The translations under genes were made by a program, and so were the position numbers. 64,000 bases of DNA, taken from sequence record PP968062.1, one strand, 5' to 3'. Origin of the DNA: Pseudomonas phage HPP-Temi. Below, one piece after another: positions 1-9,821 of this stretch; the first letter of the stretch is position 1, and every line of letters starts with the position of its first letter. The notes under the pieces are model-generated. The model was not told the origin of the DNA. It ran no database searches and saw only the letters and a list, made by a program, of their open reading frames with translations.

Positions 1-2190
1 ATGGAACTTATTTTATTCCGCGATGATTGGGAGAAGTTCCCAACCGCGATTGCGGATACCAAAACATCAAATAAAACCTTTCTAAAATTAGCGGCCCTTT
101 ATCGGGACGAACTCAAAATAGCAAACTGGAAATTCATTCTCACATTGCTTCAACCAGATCTCCAGGGCGTAGACCCTTATGACCCAGATCTAGATGATGC
201 AACTAAAATGAAGATCGCTTTGGAATGTAAATACAACCCTTGGTATTACTTCCGTGAAGTTGCCCGTGTCCCTGCGACATCTGGTAACGTTCCGAACCCA
301 TTCCGTGCTAACCGTGGTAACATTGCACTTTTCTGGTGCTTCTTTAACCACCTAGACTTTGGTCTGCTGCAACCGCGTCAGACTGGTAAATCTGTTTCAA
401 CCGATATCTTGATGACAGGCATGATGTATATCTGGGGTGAGAACACCACCATCAACCTGATCACTAAAGATAACAAACTCAGAACGGCGAACATTGAACG
501 TCTAAAGGTAATGCGAGATCTGCTACCTGACTACATTCACTGGGCTAACCCGAACGACGTTGACAACAACGAACTAATGACTTGCATTCGTCTGGGCAAC
601 CGCTACAAGACTGCTGTAGGCCGTAATGATAAGATTGCAGCTGACAAACTCGGTCGTGGTCTTACTGTACCGATCATGCAGTTCGACGAATTTGCATACA
701 TTAACTTGATTGAGATCTCTCTCCCGGTAGCTCTGGCTTCCGGTTCCGCGGCTCGTGCCGAAGCTAAGCGTCAGGGTCAACCCTACGGTAACATCTTCAC
801 AACAACTGCTGGCAACATTACTACTCGTGACGGTGCATTTGCATACAAGTTCATGACTGGCGGTCATACTTGGACTGAAACGATGTTTGACCTTGCAAAC
901 CAACGCATGGCCGTACTAGTAATGGAGAAAGGATCTAAGGCAGATCAGAAGCCTATCATCTACGGGGCATTCAACCACCGTCAATTGGGACGGACAGACG
1001 AATGGCTATTCCAAGAACTTAAAGAATCTAGCTCGTTCGGTGAAATTGCTGACCGTGACTTCTTTAACATCTGGACTGTTGGTGGTGAAGGTTCTCCCCT
1101 GTCTCCGGAACATAAGAAGCAATTGAAGGCTTCTGAACGTGAACCTGTGTGGACTGAGATTACTAACGATGGTTACACTATTCGTTGGTACATCCCGAAA
1201 CATGAAGTAGAACAACGACTGGCCGAAGGTCGGTTCATGATGGGTATGGACCCCAGTGAATTGCTGGGCAAAGATAACGACGCCACTGGTATGGTTGTCT
1301 TTGATGTAGAGACTCACGAAGTAATAGCAGCCGGCTGCTATAACGAAACCTCCGTCCCTGTCATCGCTGCATTCATTGGTACGCTATTGATTCGTTACCC
1401 CACGATTACCTGGGTACCTGAGCGTAAGTCCATGGGTACTGCTCTGATTGACTTCGTGGTGATGCAACTACACAAAGCTGGTATTGACCCGTTCCGTCGG
1501 ATCTTTAACCGAATTGTGGATGAGCACACTGTACTTGAATCTGAGTTCCGTGATATTCAGACTCCGCTGTCTCAACGTCCTGCATCGTTCTACGATCGCT
1601 TCAAACGTTACTTCGGTTTCAACACTTCTGGTTCGGGTCGTTACTCTCGTAACAGTCTGTTCCTGGAAGCACTACCGAGCGCAATGGATTACGGTAGCCG
1701 TCGTATGGCTGACAAGAAACTCATTACAGAGCTTCTGGCATTGACCATTAAGAACGGACGTATTGACCACACTCGGGATAACCACGATGACATGGTAATC
1801 TCGATGCTGCTGGCTCACTGGGTTTGCATCCGTGGACAGAACCTGTCCTACTACGGTATCAACCCGGCTACGATCTTCTCTCGTGCTGTTACACGTGATG
1901 TCGAGCTAACTGCTCTTGAGAAATATCGTGAAGACAAAGAGAAGCAAAACAAAGGTGAGTTCGAAGATCTCATCGCTCAGCTTAAAGGTGAGACGAATCC
2001 ATTCGTTATCACTAAGCTTGAAATGCGTCTGCGTAATCTGTCTAAGAGTATCAACATGGAAGAAGCTACAGGTGTCGGTATTGACGCAATGCTGAAACAA
2101 GTCCGTGATGATCGTACTCGTCGAGTTCGTACTTCTCGCTTCCAGCAAGAACGTAGTTTCAGTAACGTAGGTTTCTACGGACGCCGATAG
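1..2190 (+). CDS. terL: terminase large subunit (T4 gp17-like ATPase-nuclease); N-terminus may extend beyond window start
   Basis: Walker A LLQPRQTGKS resembles T4 gp17 LSRQLGKT. Walker B-like VPIMQFDEFAYI resembles gp17 AMIYIEDCAFI. The C-terminal nuclease segment NHDDMVISMLLAHW nearly matches gp17 YHDDLVMSLVIFGW. Confidence 0.85.
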   Translation: MELILFRDDWEKFPTAIADTKTSNKTFLKLAALYRDELKIANWKFILTLLQPDLQGVDPYDPDLDDATKMKIALECKYNPWYYFREVARVPATSGNVPNPFRANRGNIALFWCFFNHLDFGLLQPRQTGKSVSTDILMTGMMYIWGENTTINLITKDNKLRTANIERLKVMRDLLPDYIHWANPNDVDNNELMTCIRLGNRYKTAVGRNDKIAADKLGRGLTVPIMQFDEFAYINLIEISLPVALASGSAARAEAKRQGQPYGNIFTTTAGNITTRDGAFAYKFMTGGHTWTETMFDLANQRMAVLVMEKGSKADQKPIIYGAFNHRQLGRTDEWLFQELKESSSFGEIADRDFFNIWTVGGEGSPLSPEHKKQLKASEREPVWTEITNDGYTIRWYIPKHEVEQRLAEGRFMMGMDPSELLGKDNDATGMVVFDVETHEVIAAGCYNETSVPVIAAFIGTLLIRYPTITWVPERKSMGTALIDFVVMQLHKAGIDPFRRIFNRIVDEHTVLESEFRDIQTPLSQRPASFYDRFKRYFGFNTSGSGRYSRNSLFLEALPSAMDYGSRRMADKKLITELLALTIKNGRIDHTRDNHDDMVISMLLAHWVCIRGQNLSYYGINPATIFSRAVTRDVELTALEKYREDKEKQNKGEFEDLIAQLKGETNPFVITKLEMRLRNLSKSINMEEATGVGIDAMLKQVRDDRTRRVRTSRFQQERSFSNVGFYGRR

Positions 2191-2201
2191 GCAACATAAA
2201 A

Positions 2202-2227
2202 GCCTTCCCCAACGGGAAGGCTTTATG
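2202..2227. terminator. hairpin gccttcccc-aacg-gggaaggc followed by TTTATG; convergent terminator between terL and the minus block
   Basis: GC stem with 4-nt loop and flanking T-tract, seen in sequence. Confidence 0.6.
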
Positions 2228-2230
2228 TCG

Positions 2231-2740
2231 TTAGTCTCGTTGACCTAAAGAACATTGCTGTTCAAGACGACGTTTCTCTTTTTTAACGTTCGGCTTGGTT
2301 GGACGAGCAATAATTCGGTAACCATCTACACCAACACGAATCAGACCACGAATGATCGGATTGACTTTGGATACTTTAAGAGCTTCATAGAAAATATGAT
2401 CGATCTCTTTCCGAGTGATCTTAACTTCCATAGCAGTTCCATTCACCATCTGGAGGATAGTGTAAGTTTCACAAAGCTTGTCATGTAGTGCAGCTGCTTG
2501 ACCATGCTTGCCTAACCGTGGAATCAACCAACGTACAGGACGAGGGATAGATGCACCATCGGTCAGGAAGCATTTGTTAACAATAGCAAACTTACCGGAG
2601 CCTTCACTTCCAATGTCGTATTGGAAGGTCTCCATAATTCGCCAATAGTCGTCACCGAGAATAGCCGATGCATCATCGTCATATTGGATAGACATCTTAG
2701 CGTTGAACTTAGTGTAGCTACTCATTACAATCTCCATCAA
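2231..2740 (-). CDS. DUF1353-like phage protein (TDGASIP motif)
   Basis: 169 aa; FLTDGASIPRPVRW motif typical of the DUF1353 family. Confidence 0.5.
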   Translation of the reverse strand: MMEIVMSSYTKFNAKMSIQYDDDASAILGDDYWRIMETFQYDIGSEGSGKFAIVNKCFLTDGASIPRPVRWLIPRLGKHGQAAALHDKLCETYTILQMVNGTAMEVKITRKEIDHIFYEALKVSKVNPIIRGLIRVGVDGYRIIARPTKPNVKKEKRRLEQQCSLGQRD

Positions 2741-2755
2741 TTACAGAAGATTATG

Positions 2756-3280
2756 TTAGCGCCTCGCCCAGTATTGCAGGCTGTAACCAAGTCCAGGATT
2801 TCGAACAGCTTGTGTTACGCCAGGGAACTTAGAAATGAATCGCCACTTAATGGGATCCAGATATTCGTCGAACCGCGCAACTTCAGTTACGTCATCGGGA
2901 GAACAATCAATGTCCATATCCACAACCGTGCGATAGAACTCACTACAACGAGTGAGACCATCTTTAAATAGTCGTTCTCCACCAATGATGAAAACTTTCT
3001 TTTCATTTTGGGATAGCTCCAATGCTTCATCGAGAGATTTAACATGGACGTATCCTTCACCTTTTAGATTCTCCGCGTTGGAAGACAGAACATAGTTAGT
3101 ACGACCAGGGAGAGGCTTATTGCCAAGCGACTCCCATGTCTTACGACCCATCACTACCGCATGTCCAAAAGTCTTATCTTTAAACCATTTGAAGTCTTCT
3201 GGAATATGCCACGGAATTTCTCCGTTAACCCCAATGACACCATTAGTAGACACTGCAAAAATCATTGCGAGAATGGGCAT
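2756..3280 (-). CDS. frd: dihydrofolate reductase
   Basis: The sequence aligns along its length with E. coli FolA. Matching segments include IGxxGxIPW, VVMGRKTWESLG..PLPGR.N.VLS and IIGG. Confidence 0.9.
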   Translation of the reverse strand: MPILAMIFAVSTNGVIGVNGEIPWHIPEDFKWFKDKTFGHAVVMGRKTWESLGNKPLPGRTNYVLSSNAENLKGEGYVHVKSLDEALELSQNEKKVFIIGGERLFKDGLTRCSEFYRTVVDMDIDCSPDDVTEVARFDEYLDPIKWRFISKFPGVTQAVRNPGLGYSLQYWARR

Positions 3281-3290
3281 GTTAACTCAC

Positions 3291-3872
3291 TTATTCAGCG
3301 AACTTGACGTTGAGGGTGGAGGGAGTCCAGTGGAAAGTGTATTCGGTATCAAAGGTACCACGGAAGCCATCGCATTGTTCATGTAGGTTAGCAATACAGT
3401 GGCTGAGAGCGATCTGCTGTAGTACAGAGAAATGGTTCAAAGAGAACTCGAATTCTTTAGTGCCGATAGTCGATTCAGGATCGAACTCAGGATGAACTTC
3501 TACAATCGACTTGTGAGACAGCGTACCACGGAAGGTAGCGCGGTTCCCACTTGGATGTACGTCAATGAAGTACTCGGTGATAACGAAACCTTTCTGACCA
3601 ACTTCTTCCATATCGGTCAACATGTATTGCGAGATAAGGAAAAGTTGAGGGGCCATTTGCAACGACGGATGTTTACCCGTAAGAGTATCAATCAGATTAG
3701 ACAACTGAGAGAAGTGTAGTGTGTGGGCTTGACCTTCGTTATCTAGGATAGTGAGCTCACGAGACATCATGGTCTCAGTGGCACCATCCACGGTGTGTTC
3801 AAACATAAGACCTTTAGTGATCTTATCGAACGTATCCATTACATCGGGGAAGGGGTAGTTAACAGCAGTCAT
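3291..3872 (-). CDS. hypothetical protein adjacent to frd (possibly nucleotide metabolism)
   Basis: 193-aa ORF tightly linked to frd. It has a weak ThyA-like segment LQMAPQLFLISQYML but no catalytic Cys. Confidence 0.6.
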   Translation of the reverse strand: MTAVNYPFPDVMDTFDKITKGLMFEHTVDGATETMMSRELTILDNEGQAHTLHFSQLSNLIDTLTGKHPSLQMAPQLFLISQYMLTDMEEVGQKGFVITEYFIDVHPSGNRATFRGTLSHKSIVEVHPEFDPESTIGTKEFEFSLNHFSVLQQIALSHCIANLHEQCDGFRGTFDTEYTFHWTPSTLNVKFAE

Positions 3873-4228
3873 TTCTTGGCTCCAGGTTTAACATCAACAA
3901 CTTTCTTGAAAATAGCTTCGAATTCTTTCTTGTGGTGGAGTACGTAGCTAAGAATACGTTTCTTATCATCGCGGATGAATTCGATATAATCACCAGGACA
4001 AACAACCGATGGACTTTCGTTGGTACGGATCTTCAGGATACCGTGTTTACCATAATAGTCGTTACAGATGACACACCTATCAGAAGCAAGTTCCGAACCA
4101 TAGCTTGGATGTCGGCCTACAACATTCCCCTCGTTGATCCCGTTGACAGTGCGGTCCATGGGGTGGTCACCATTTTTAAACCACTGGTGCGCTTCTACTA
4201 AGGGTAAAATAGCTTGATAAAAAGGCAT
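3869..4228 (-). CDS. hypothetical protein
   Basis: The ORF track runs to 4270 with a GTG start. The ATG at 4228 has the best SD (ggaga + 6 nt). Confidence 0.55.
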   Translation of the reverse strand: MPFYQAILPLVEAHQWFKNGDHPMDRTVNGINEGNVVGRHPSYGSELASDRCVICNDYYGKHGILKIRTNESPSVVCPGDYIEFIRDDKKRILSYVLHHKKEFEAIFKKVVDVKPGAKK

Positions 4229-4270
4229 TTGAATTCTCCAAATTGGTATAAATAGCATATCCTTTTCCAC

Positions 4271-4426
4271 CTCAGTAGTTCTTCTTTTTAGGAGTGGTAT
4301 GTTATGCTGTTGGAAGATTTAAACTTCCTTAATAACCAAGTGATCGTAAAAAATACTTGTATGAATTTAGATATGTTAGAATTCATCAACTTACGTTTTA
4401 CGCAATAAACAACTGGAAAAATAGAG
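4271..4426. promoter_or_regulatory. AT-rich divergent intergenic region between the frd block (-) and nrdA (+)
   Basis: 156-bp AT-rich spacer between divergently oriented gene blocks. Confidence 0.4.
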
Positions 4427-6712
4427 ATGATCGAGACTATTATCAAACTGGACGGCACCGAACAACCCTTCGATAACGAGAAAGCAAATGGTTGGGGTGA
4501 GTGGGCTGCCGCACGCTTGGGTAACAAGGTTGACTGGGGTAGCATCGTTCTGGGTGCGGTCAGTGGTAAACCGAAGAAAGTTACTTCTCAAGAATTCCAG
4601 GGCTGGCTGATTGAAGAATGTCTTAATCGTAAGACTTGGTCGTACTACCTCATGGCTGGTCGACTCTACGCGGTTCTGCTCCGCAAGAAGATTTATGGTC
4701 CGGATGGTATCCCGACTGTTAAAGCTCTGCAAGCCAAGATGCTTGCTGATGGTGTAATGATTAAGCTCGACTACAGCGATGCTGAGTTCGAAGCTATTGA
4801 AGCAATGATCGACCATGACCTCGATTTCAACTCTCCTCACTTTGCCCTGCATCACATTCGTGGTAAGTACTCCCTGCGTAACCGCGTAACTGGTAAAGAG
4901 TACGAGACCCAACAATTTACTTACATGCGTATGGCAATGGCCCTGTCCGAGAAAGAGCCTAAAGCTGAACGCCTTGAACACGTGAAGAACTACTATGAGC
5001 TCTTCTCTCAGAAACAACTGTCGGCGCCTACTCCTAACTACGTTAACCTTGGCACTGTACTCAGGGGCTTTGCTTCTTGCTGCCTCTTCGCTTCTGGTGA
5101 CAATGGTACTTCGCTGGCTATCGGAGACTACATCGCGAACATCATGACCCAGTCTTCGGCTGGCATCGGTGTTAACATCATGTCTCGTTCGATCGGTGAT
5201 CCTATCCGTAACGGTCTGATCGTTCACCAAGGCAAGAAGCCTTACATCGACGTAATGGGTAAAGCTGTTCGTGCTAACCTGCAAAACGGTCGTGGTGGCG
5301 CGGTAACTAGCTTCTACAGTCTGTTCGACCCTGAAGCTGACATGATCTCTCAACTGCGTAACCCGCGTTCGACTGAAGACCGTAAGAATCGTGACCTGCA
5401 CTATGCTGCAATGGGTAACGTTCTCTTTGCTGCTAAGGCTGCTAAGAACGAGAAGATCTTTGTGTTCAACCCGTATACTGCACCAGATCTGTTCGAAGCC
5501 TTCTACGGTAAAGACCAAACTCGCTTCAAAGAGCTGTATGAGAAATATGAAGCTGATGAATCGTTCGTTAAGAACTACATCGATGCTCGTGAACTTCTGA
5601 AAGTTGTTCTGAACGAAGCCTATGAGACTGGTGTTGCATACACCGCTCAGATCGACGAAATGAACCGTCATACTCCGTTCAAAGAACCGATCCATAGTTC
5701 TAACCTCTGCATGGAAATTGCTGAGCCTACCAAACCCTACTACGATATGCGTGACCTCTATTCCGAGGAAGACCATGGTCGTGGTGAGATCGCTACTTGT
5801 TCTCTGGCTGCAATCGTTGTTGATAACATCCCCGATGCTGCAACCTATCGTAAGGCTGCGTACTATGCATTGAAGATGATTGACTACTGTATTCTGAACG
5901 CCGAGTATGCATTCCCGCACTTGGGCTTCACTGCTAAGAAACGTATGAGTGCAGGTGTTGGTATCATGGGTCTGGCAACTCACATGGCTCGTGCTGGTCT
6001 GGCTTATTCTTCGGAAGCTGGTAAGCGGGAGATGCACTTCGTTGCAGAACGTCACATGTATCACCTGATCGAAGCTTCTCTACGTATTTCCAAAGAACGT
6101 GGTCTGGCTCCGTGGATGCATAAGACTCTGTGGCCTGAAGGTTGGTTGCCTCTCGATACCTACAAGCGCAACATTGATGAAATTGTACCTGGTGGTTTCG
6201 AGAACATCTACAACTGGGAACGTCTCCGTAAAGAAATCATTGCTAACGGCGGCATCGGTCACTCGGTACTCGTAGCCTACATGCCTGGCGAAGCCTCGTC
6301 TAAAGCTGTTGGTGGTGCTAACTCGATCTATCCAGTTCGTCGTCTTGTTATCAATAAGTCGGACAACAACAACCTGATCAACTGGGCTGCTCCGTTTGGT
6401 GATGATAAGAACTATAATTACGAACTGGCTTACGACATCCCCACTAAGGACATGATCGAAGCTTACGCTATCTTCCAGAAGTGGACTGACCAAGGTATCT
6501 CTGCTGACCTGTATCGTCGAATCGTTGGTGATGAGAAGATCAGTTCTAACGAAATGCTGCGTGATTACTTCCTGCAAGTTAAACTGGGTATGAAGACTCG
6601 CTACTACATGAATACCGAGACTTCCGCTAACCTGTCTCTGGCTGCATTGGATTCCGCGTTCGAAAACAACGATGGTTCCAAAGGCTGTGCTGGTGGTGCC
6701 TGTACTCTGTAA
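4427..6712 (+). CDS. nrdA: ribonucleoside-diphosphate reductase alpha subunit (class Ia), with N-terminal ATP-cone
   Basis: 761 aa with an ATP-cone N-terminus (IKLDGTEQPFDNEK). Conserved RNR large-subunit blocks are present, including PTPNYVNLG, NLCMEI and the C-terminal CxxC tail. Confidence 0.95.
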   Translation: MIETIIKLDGTEQPFDNEKANGWGEWAAARLGNKVDWGSIVLGAVSGKPKKVTSQEFQGWLIEECLNRKTWSYYLMAGRLYAVLLRKKIYGPDGIPTVKALQAKMLADGVMIKLDYSDAEFEAIEAMIDHDLDFNSPHFALHHIRGKYSLRNRVTGKEYETQQFTYMRMAMALSEKEPKAERLEHVKNYYELFSQKQLSAPTPNYVNLGTVLRGFASCCLFASGDNGTSLAIGDYIANIMTQSSAGIGVNIMSRSIGDPIRNGLIVHQGKKPYIDVMGKAVRANLQNGRGGAVTSFYSLFDPEADMISQLRNPRSTEDRKNRDLHYAAMGNVLFAAKAAKNEKIFVFNPYTAPDLFEAFYGKDQTRFKELYEKYEADESFVKNYIDARELLKVVLNEAYETGVAYTAQIDEMNRHTPFKEPIHSSNLCMEIAEPTKPYYDMRDLYSEEDHGRGEIATCSLAAIVVDNIPDAATYRKAAYYALKMIDYCILNAEYAFPHLGFTAKKRMSAGVGIMGLATHMARAGLAYSSEAGKREMHFVAERHMYHLIEASLRISKERGLAPWMHKTLWPEGWLPLDTYKRNIDEIVPGGFENIYNWERLRKEIIANGGIGHSVLVAYMPGEASSKAVGGANSIYPVRRLVINKSDNNNLINWAAPFGDDKNYNYELAYDIPTKDMIEAYAIFQKWTDQGISADLYRRIVGDEKISSNEMLRDYFLQVKLGMKTRYYMNTETSANLSLAALDSAFENNDGSKGCAGGACTL

Positions 6713-6721
6713 CGACATATT

Positions 6722-6746
6722 GCCCTCCCTTTGGGGAGGGCTTTAT
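6722..6746 (+). terminator. hairpin gccctccctttggggagggc followed by TTTATG between nrdA and nrdB (terminator or attenuator)
   Basis: GC stem-loop plus T-tract. Confidence 0.5.
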
Positions 6747-6860
6747 GATGCAATCTACTGACGGCTCGTGGATTGGATATCAAGCTTAAGGCATCTGTCT
6801 AAAAATTACTAATGATCCATATCAATTGTAAGCACTTATACCCTCAACAAGGAAACTGAA

Positions 6861-8018
6861 ATGAGCGACAAACTCCCTGCAAAGATTTTCAACGTAAATA
6901 AGTCTGACTACGATGTACCCGAAATCATTCTGGGTCAAGAACCTGGACTACTGGATTCCATCCATACACACTTCCCGGTACCGTGGTCTCTGTACAAACG
7001 TCTCCGTAAACTTGACTGGGACGAACTCGAATTTGACTTCCAACAATGCCTGGTAGAATTCGAGACCTGTAACAAATCGACTTACGACATGATGATCAAA
7101 ACCCTTGCATGGCAATGGGAAGCTGACTCTGTTGCTAGTCGCGCTATCGTTAACATCCTGGGTCCGGTAATGACCGACTCTCGTATCTGGACTGGTTACG
7201 TCCGTATCAACGATAACGAAGATATCCATGCTCTGACCTATTCTGAGATCGTTCGTGGTTCGTTCAAGAACCCGCGTGTGATCCTCGATGAAATCCTGCG
7301 TGTTGAAGAAGCTCAGGAACGTATGGTTGCTGTTGCTCGGGTAATGGGTGAGGCTCATGACACTTCTCATGCTTATGCACTGAAGCAAGTACCGAACGAC
7401 CAAGATACCTACAACAAGATCTTCATGTTCTTTATCGCTCTCTACATGCTGGAGCGCATTCAGTTCATGGCATCGTTTGCCGTAACCTTTGCTATTTGCA
7501 AAACTGGTCTGTTCCAACAGATCGGCGAAGCCGTGAAGAAGATTGCTCAAGATGAGTTCGAGATTCACGCTCAGTACGGCCAAGAAGTTATCAAGGCTCT
7601 CCTGAAGACTGAACGTGGCATGACTGCTTATGCGCAATGCAAACCACAAATCATCGAACTATTCTGGGAAATCATTCGAACTGAAGTTACCTGGGTTAAG
7701 TACCTGTTCTCTGAAGGTCGTAGCCTTGCTGGTGTTAACGCACAGAAACTGTTCCAATGGGTTCTGTTCAACGGTAACGCAGCTGGTACTTTCCTGAACA
7801 TCATTCCCGAGACTCTGACCGCACATAGCCAAGAGTATCTGGAACTGACTGGTGTACCGCTGGAATTCCCGGAAGACAACCCGCTTCCGTTCATGGTTGA
7901 ATATCTCGACATCTCTGCAACGCAAGCCTCCCCGCAAGAAGCTGAGAAAGGCGACTACATGGTCAACCTTCTCGATACTCGTGGTGAGAAAGCTGAATTC
8001 GACGTGGACTTCTTATAA
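6861..8018 (+). CDS. nrdB: ribonucleoside-diphosphate reductase beta subunit
   Basis: 385 aa with a ferritin-like fold, positioned after nrdA with an SD aaggaaa upstream. It has the acidic C-terminal tail typical of NrdB. Confidence 0.9.
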   Translation: MSDKLPAKIFNVNKSDYDVPEIILGQEPGLLDSIHTHFPVPWSLYKRLRKLDWDELEFDFQQCLVEFETCNKSTYDMMIKTLAWQWEADSVASRAIVNILGPVMTDSRIWTGYVRINDNEDIHALTYSEIVRGSFKNPRVILDEILRVEEAQERMVAVARVMGEAHDTSHAYALKQVPNDQDTYNKIFMFFIALYMLERIQFMASFAVTFAICKTGLFQQIGEAVKKIAQDEFEIHAQYGQEVIKALLKTERGMTAYAQCKPQIIELFWEIIRTEVTWVKYLFSEGRSLAGVNAQKLFQWVLFNGNAAGTFLNIIPETLTAHSQEYLELTGVPLEFPEDNPLPFMVEYLDISATQASPQEAEKGDYMVNLLDTRGEKAEFDVDFL

Positions 8019-8431
8019 TGAGAAAGATCACTCTTGCTGTAGCTCTCGCCTTCCCCCTGGTTGCTCTTGCAGCTGGGGAGATCAAAACCTCCACTACCGG
8101 TATCGTTAAGCAATCGGAATGTCAGTTGGTTGCTAAAGATAACAGTATCGTTGGTGCAACTGTAGGTGGTACTGCCGGGGCCGTTGGTGGTGCAATGCTT
8201 GGTCGTGCCATCTTCGGTAAGAATGGTGGTTGGGTAGGTGGTCTCATTGGCGGTGCCGCAGGTGGCGCAGTCGGTAACGAAATGGGAGCCACTGAAACCT
8301 TTCAGTGTAAGATGATCATCGAGTCTGATGGCAAACAACATCTTGTACAAACCATCGCTAACAAGAAACCAGAAGTAGGTAAATCCGTAACCGTTCTTGA
8401 AATGGTGGATGGTACACGCGAGATCATGTAA
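8018..8431 (+). CDS. secreted glycine-zipper protein (signal peptide followed by a GxxxG-rich segment, YMGG/Rick_17kDa-like)
   Basis: ATGA overlap with the nrdB stop. N-terminal signal MRKITLAVALAFPLVALAAG, then a glycine-zipper segment TVGGTAGAVGGAMLGRAIFGKNGGWVGGLIGGAAGGAVG. Confidence 0.7.
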   Translation: MRKITLAVALAFPLVALAAGEIKTSTTGIVKQSECQLVAKDNSIVGATVGGTAGAVGGAMLGRAIFGKNGGWVGGLIGGAAGGAVGNEMGATETFQCKMIIESDGKQHLVQTIANKKPEVGKSVTVLEMVDGTREIM

Positions 8432-8438
8432 TCATACT

Positions 8439-8461
8439 GCCCTCCTTCGGGAGGGCTTTAT
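8439..8461 (+). terminator. hairpin gccctccttcgggagggc followed by TTTATGTT
   Basis: GC stem with UUCG loop and T-tract after the nrd operon. Confidence 0.65.
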
Positions 8462-8464
8462 GTT

Positions 8465-9211
8465 ATGTCAATTCTAACGGTTGCTATCACGATGAACTCT
8501 TTATTGCAGTTTGCGATTTCTCTCGAAGCGGAAATGGATGATCTCATCAATCAGTTGTTTGATGAAGTCAACAACCCTCGACAAGATCGCCCTTATGATG
8601 TTTGGGTAGACCCAACTCCAACTGAGAGTTTATCTACGCCAACTACAACAGAACTCATTAATAACATCGACGACATGTGGACGTATTACAATCGTTCAGG
8701 TCGTTCTAATGTTAAAGCTTACAAATATGGTCCGGATTGGATTCTCGTGGAATTCGGTGGCGAGGTATATTACCTTTACACGTTGAAGAGCATCACTGAG
8801 ATTCAGCTACAAGACATGAAATATTTTGCTGATGGTGGTTCGGGTTTGAACAGCTATATTAGTAAAGTAATTCGTGGTGGCTACGTAGCTAAGAACATCA
8901 ATAATGAAATCGTTATTACTCCCGGCTTTGAAGCTTATAAGAGTAATGTCCCTGCGATCTTCATCCATGTACGAAATAAAGAACAGGTAACAGACATGAC
9001 TACTCTCACTACTCTAACTGGTTATAAAGCAGCTATCGAAGCGGCTGGTCTTGATGGTCTTACTCCCGAAGCACGGAAGGTTATGCAAGTTGGTCTTGCT
9101 CAGATCGACAAAGAAACAGGCTTTACCAGCGTAGCTACTGAGAACTTCGAAGAGCGAATCGCAGTAGAACAAATCGATGAACGTATTGCGTTTATTAGTG
9201 CTGAAGAATAA
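8465..9211 (+). CDS. hypothetical protein
   Basis: 248-aa ORF with an ATG start. Confidence 0.65.
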   Translation: MSILTVAITMNSLLQFAISLEAEMDDLINQLFDEVNNPRQDRPYDVWVDPTPTESLSTPTTTELINNIDDMWTYYNRSGRSNVKAYKYGPDWILVEFGGEVYYLYTLKSITEIQLQDMKYFADGGSGLNSYISKVIRGGYVAKNINNEIVITPGFEAYKSNVPAIFIHVRNKEQVTDMTTLTTLTGYKAAIEAAGLDGLTPEARKVMQVGLAQIDKETGFTSVATENFEERIAVEQIDERIAFISAEE

Positions 9212-9388
9212 CTTACTCAGTATGTAATGATATGTAGAGATGTCACTCCTCGTCCCTACATGAACCGCAGCGCGCCGGAGCCAACAACCCTTCCAGTTGG
9301 CTTCTAGGAAGTAAGACTCCCTGTTGCGGTTCCCCTCCTTTCAGTTGGTAAGTTGTATCTTTCTCCTTGTTGTGTTGATGAGCATACT

Positions 9389-9412
9389 GCCTCCCAGTCG
9401 GGAGGCTTTATG
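9389..9412 (+). terminator. hairpin gcctcccagtcgggaggc followed by TTTATG
   Basis: GC stem plus T-tract. Confidence 0.55.
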
Positions 9413-9450
9413 TTATATTTATACTTGCTAACATCTTCATATAGAACAAT

Positions 9451-9535
9451 GCCCGGTTGGTGAAATGGTAGTACACAAGAGACTTAAAATCTCTCGGCGA
9501 AAGCCGTGTCGGTTCGAGTCCGACACCGGGTACCA
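9451..9535 (+). tRNA. tRNA-Leu(UAA), type II with long variable arm, CCA encoded
   Basis: Cloverleaf read by hand: anticodon stem AGAGA/TCTCT, loop CTTAAAA, T-arm GTCGG-TTCGAGT-CCGAC, 3' end GGGTACCA. Confidence 0.8.
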
Positions 9536-9593
9536 ATTCAGATATAATGCCTTCCCTTGTGGAAGGTTTTATATTGTCATTAAGAGAGTAAAC

Positions 9594-9821
9594 ATGAATA
9601 CCGTTGCAATGTTAGTACTATCGATCCAAGTTGGTTTCTTTGGATTTACTACAACGAGCGAGTCCAAGATTGAATTCGAGAATAGAAGGCAGTGCATCTC
9701 TCATCTTGATATCCTAGAAAAGAAATACGGTCACCACGAGATCACACGAAATGAATCTACTCTCAAAGTAACAGACCACAGTAATCATGCGATTACCATT
9801 TTTAAATGTCCTACGAGGTGA
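9594..9821 (+). CDS. small secreted/membrane protein (75 aa)
   Basis: Internal Met of the track ORF 9465..9821, whose 5' part overlaps the tRNA. The N-terminus MNTVAMLVLSIQVGFFGF is hydrophobic. Confidence 0.4.
   Translation: MNTVAMLVLSIQVGFFGFTTTSESKIEFENRRQCISHLDILEKKYGHHEITRNESTLKVTDHSNHAITIFKCPTR

Noticed and set aside
4271-4426. NrdR box upstream of nrdA
   Set aside because: No convincing pair of 16-bp palindromic NrdR boxes was found. The region is only AT-rich promoter-like sequence.
4427-8018. Group I introns in nrdA or nrdB, as in T4
   Set aside because: Both ORFs are uninterrupted and full-length with conserved motifs contiguous. The hairpin between them looks like a simple intrinsic terminator or attenuator.
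9465-9821. 118-aa plus-strand ORF starting inside tRNA-Leu
   Set aside because: Its first 43 codons overlap the tRNA gene. Only the distal part from the ATG at 9594 is kept as a possible small gene.
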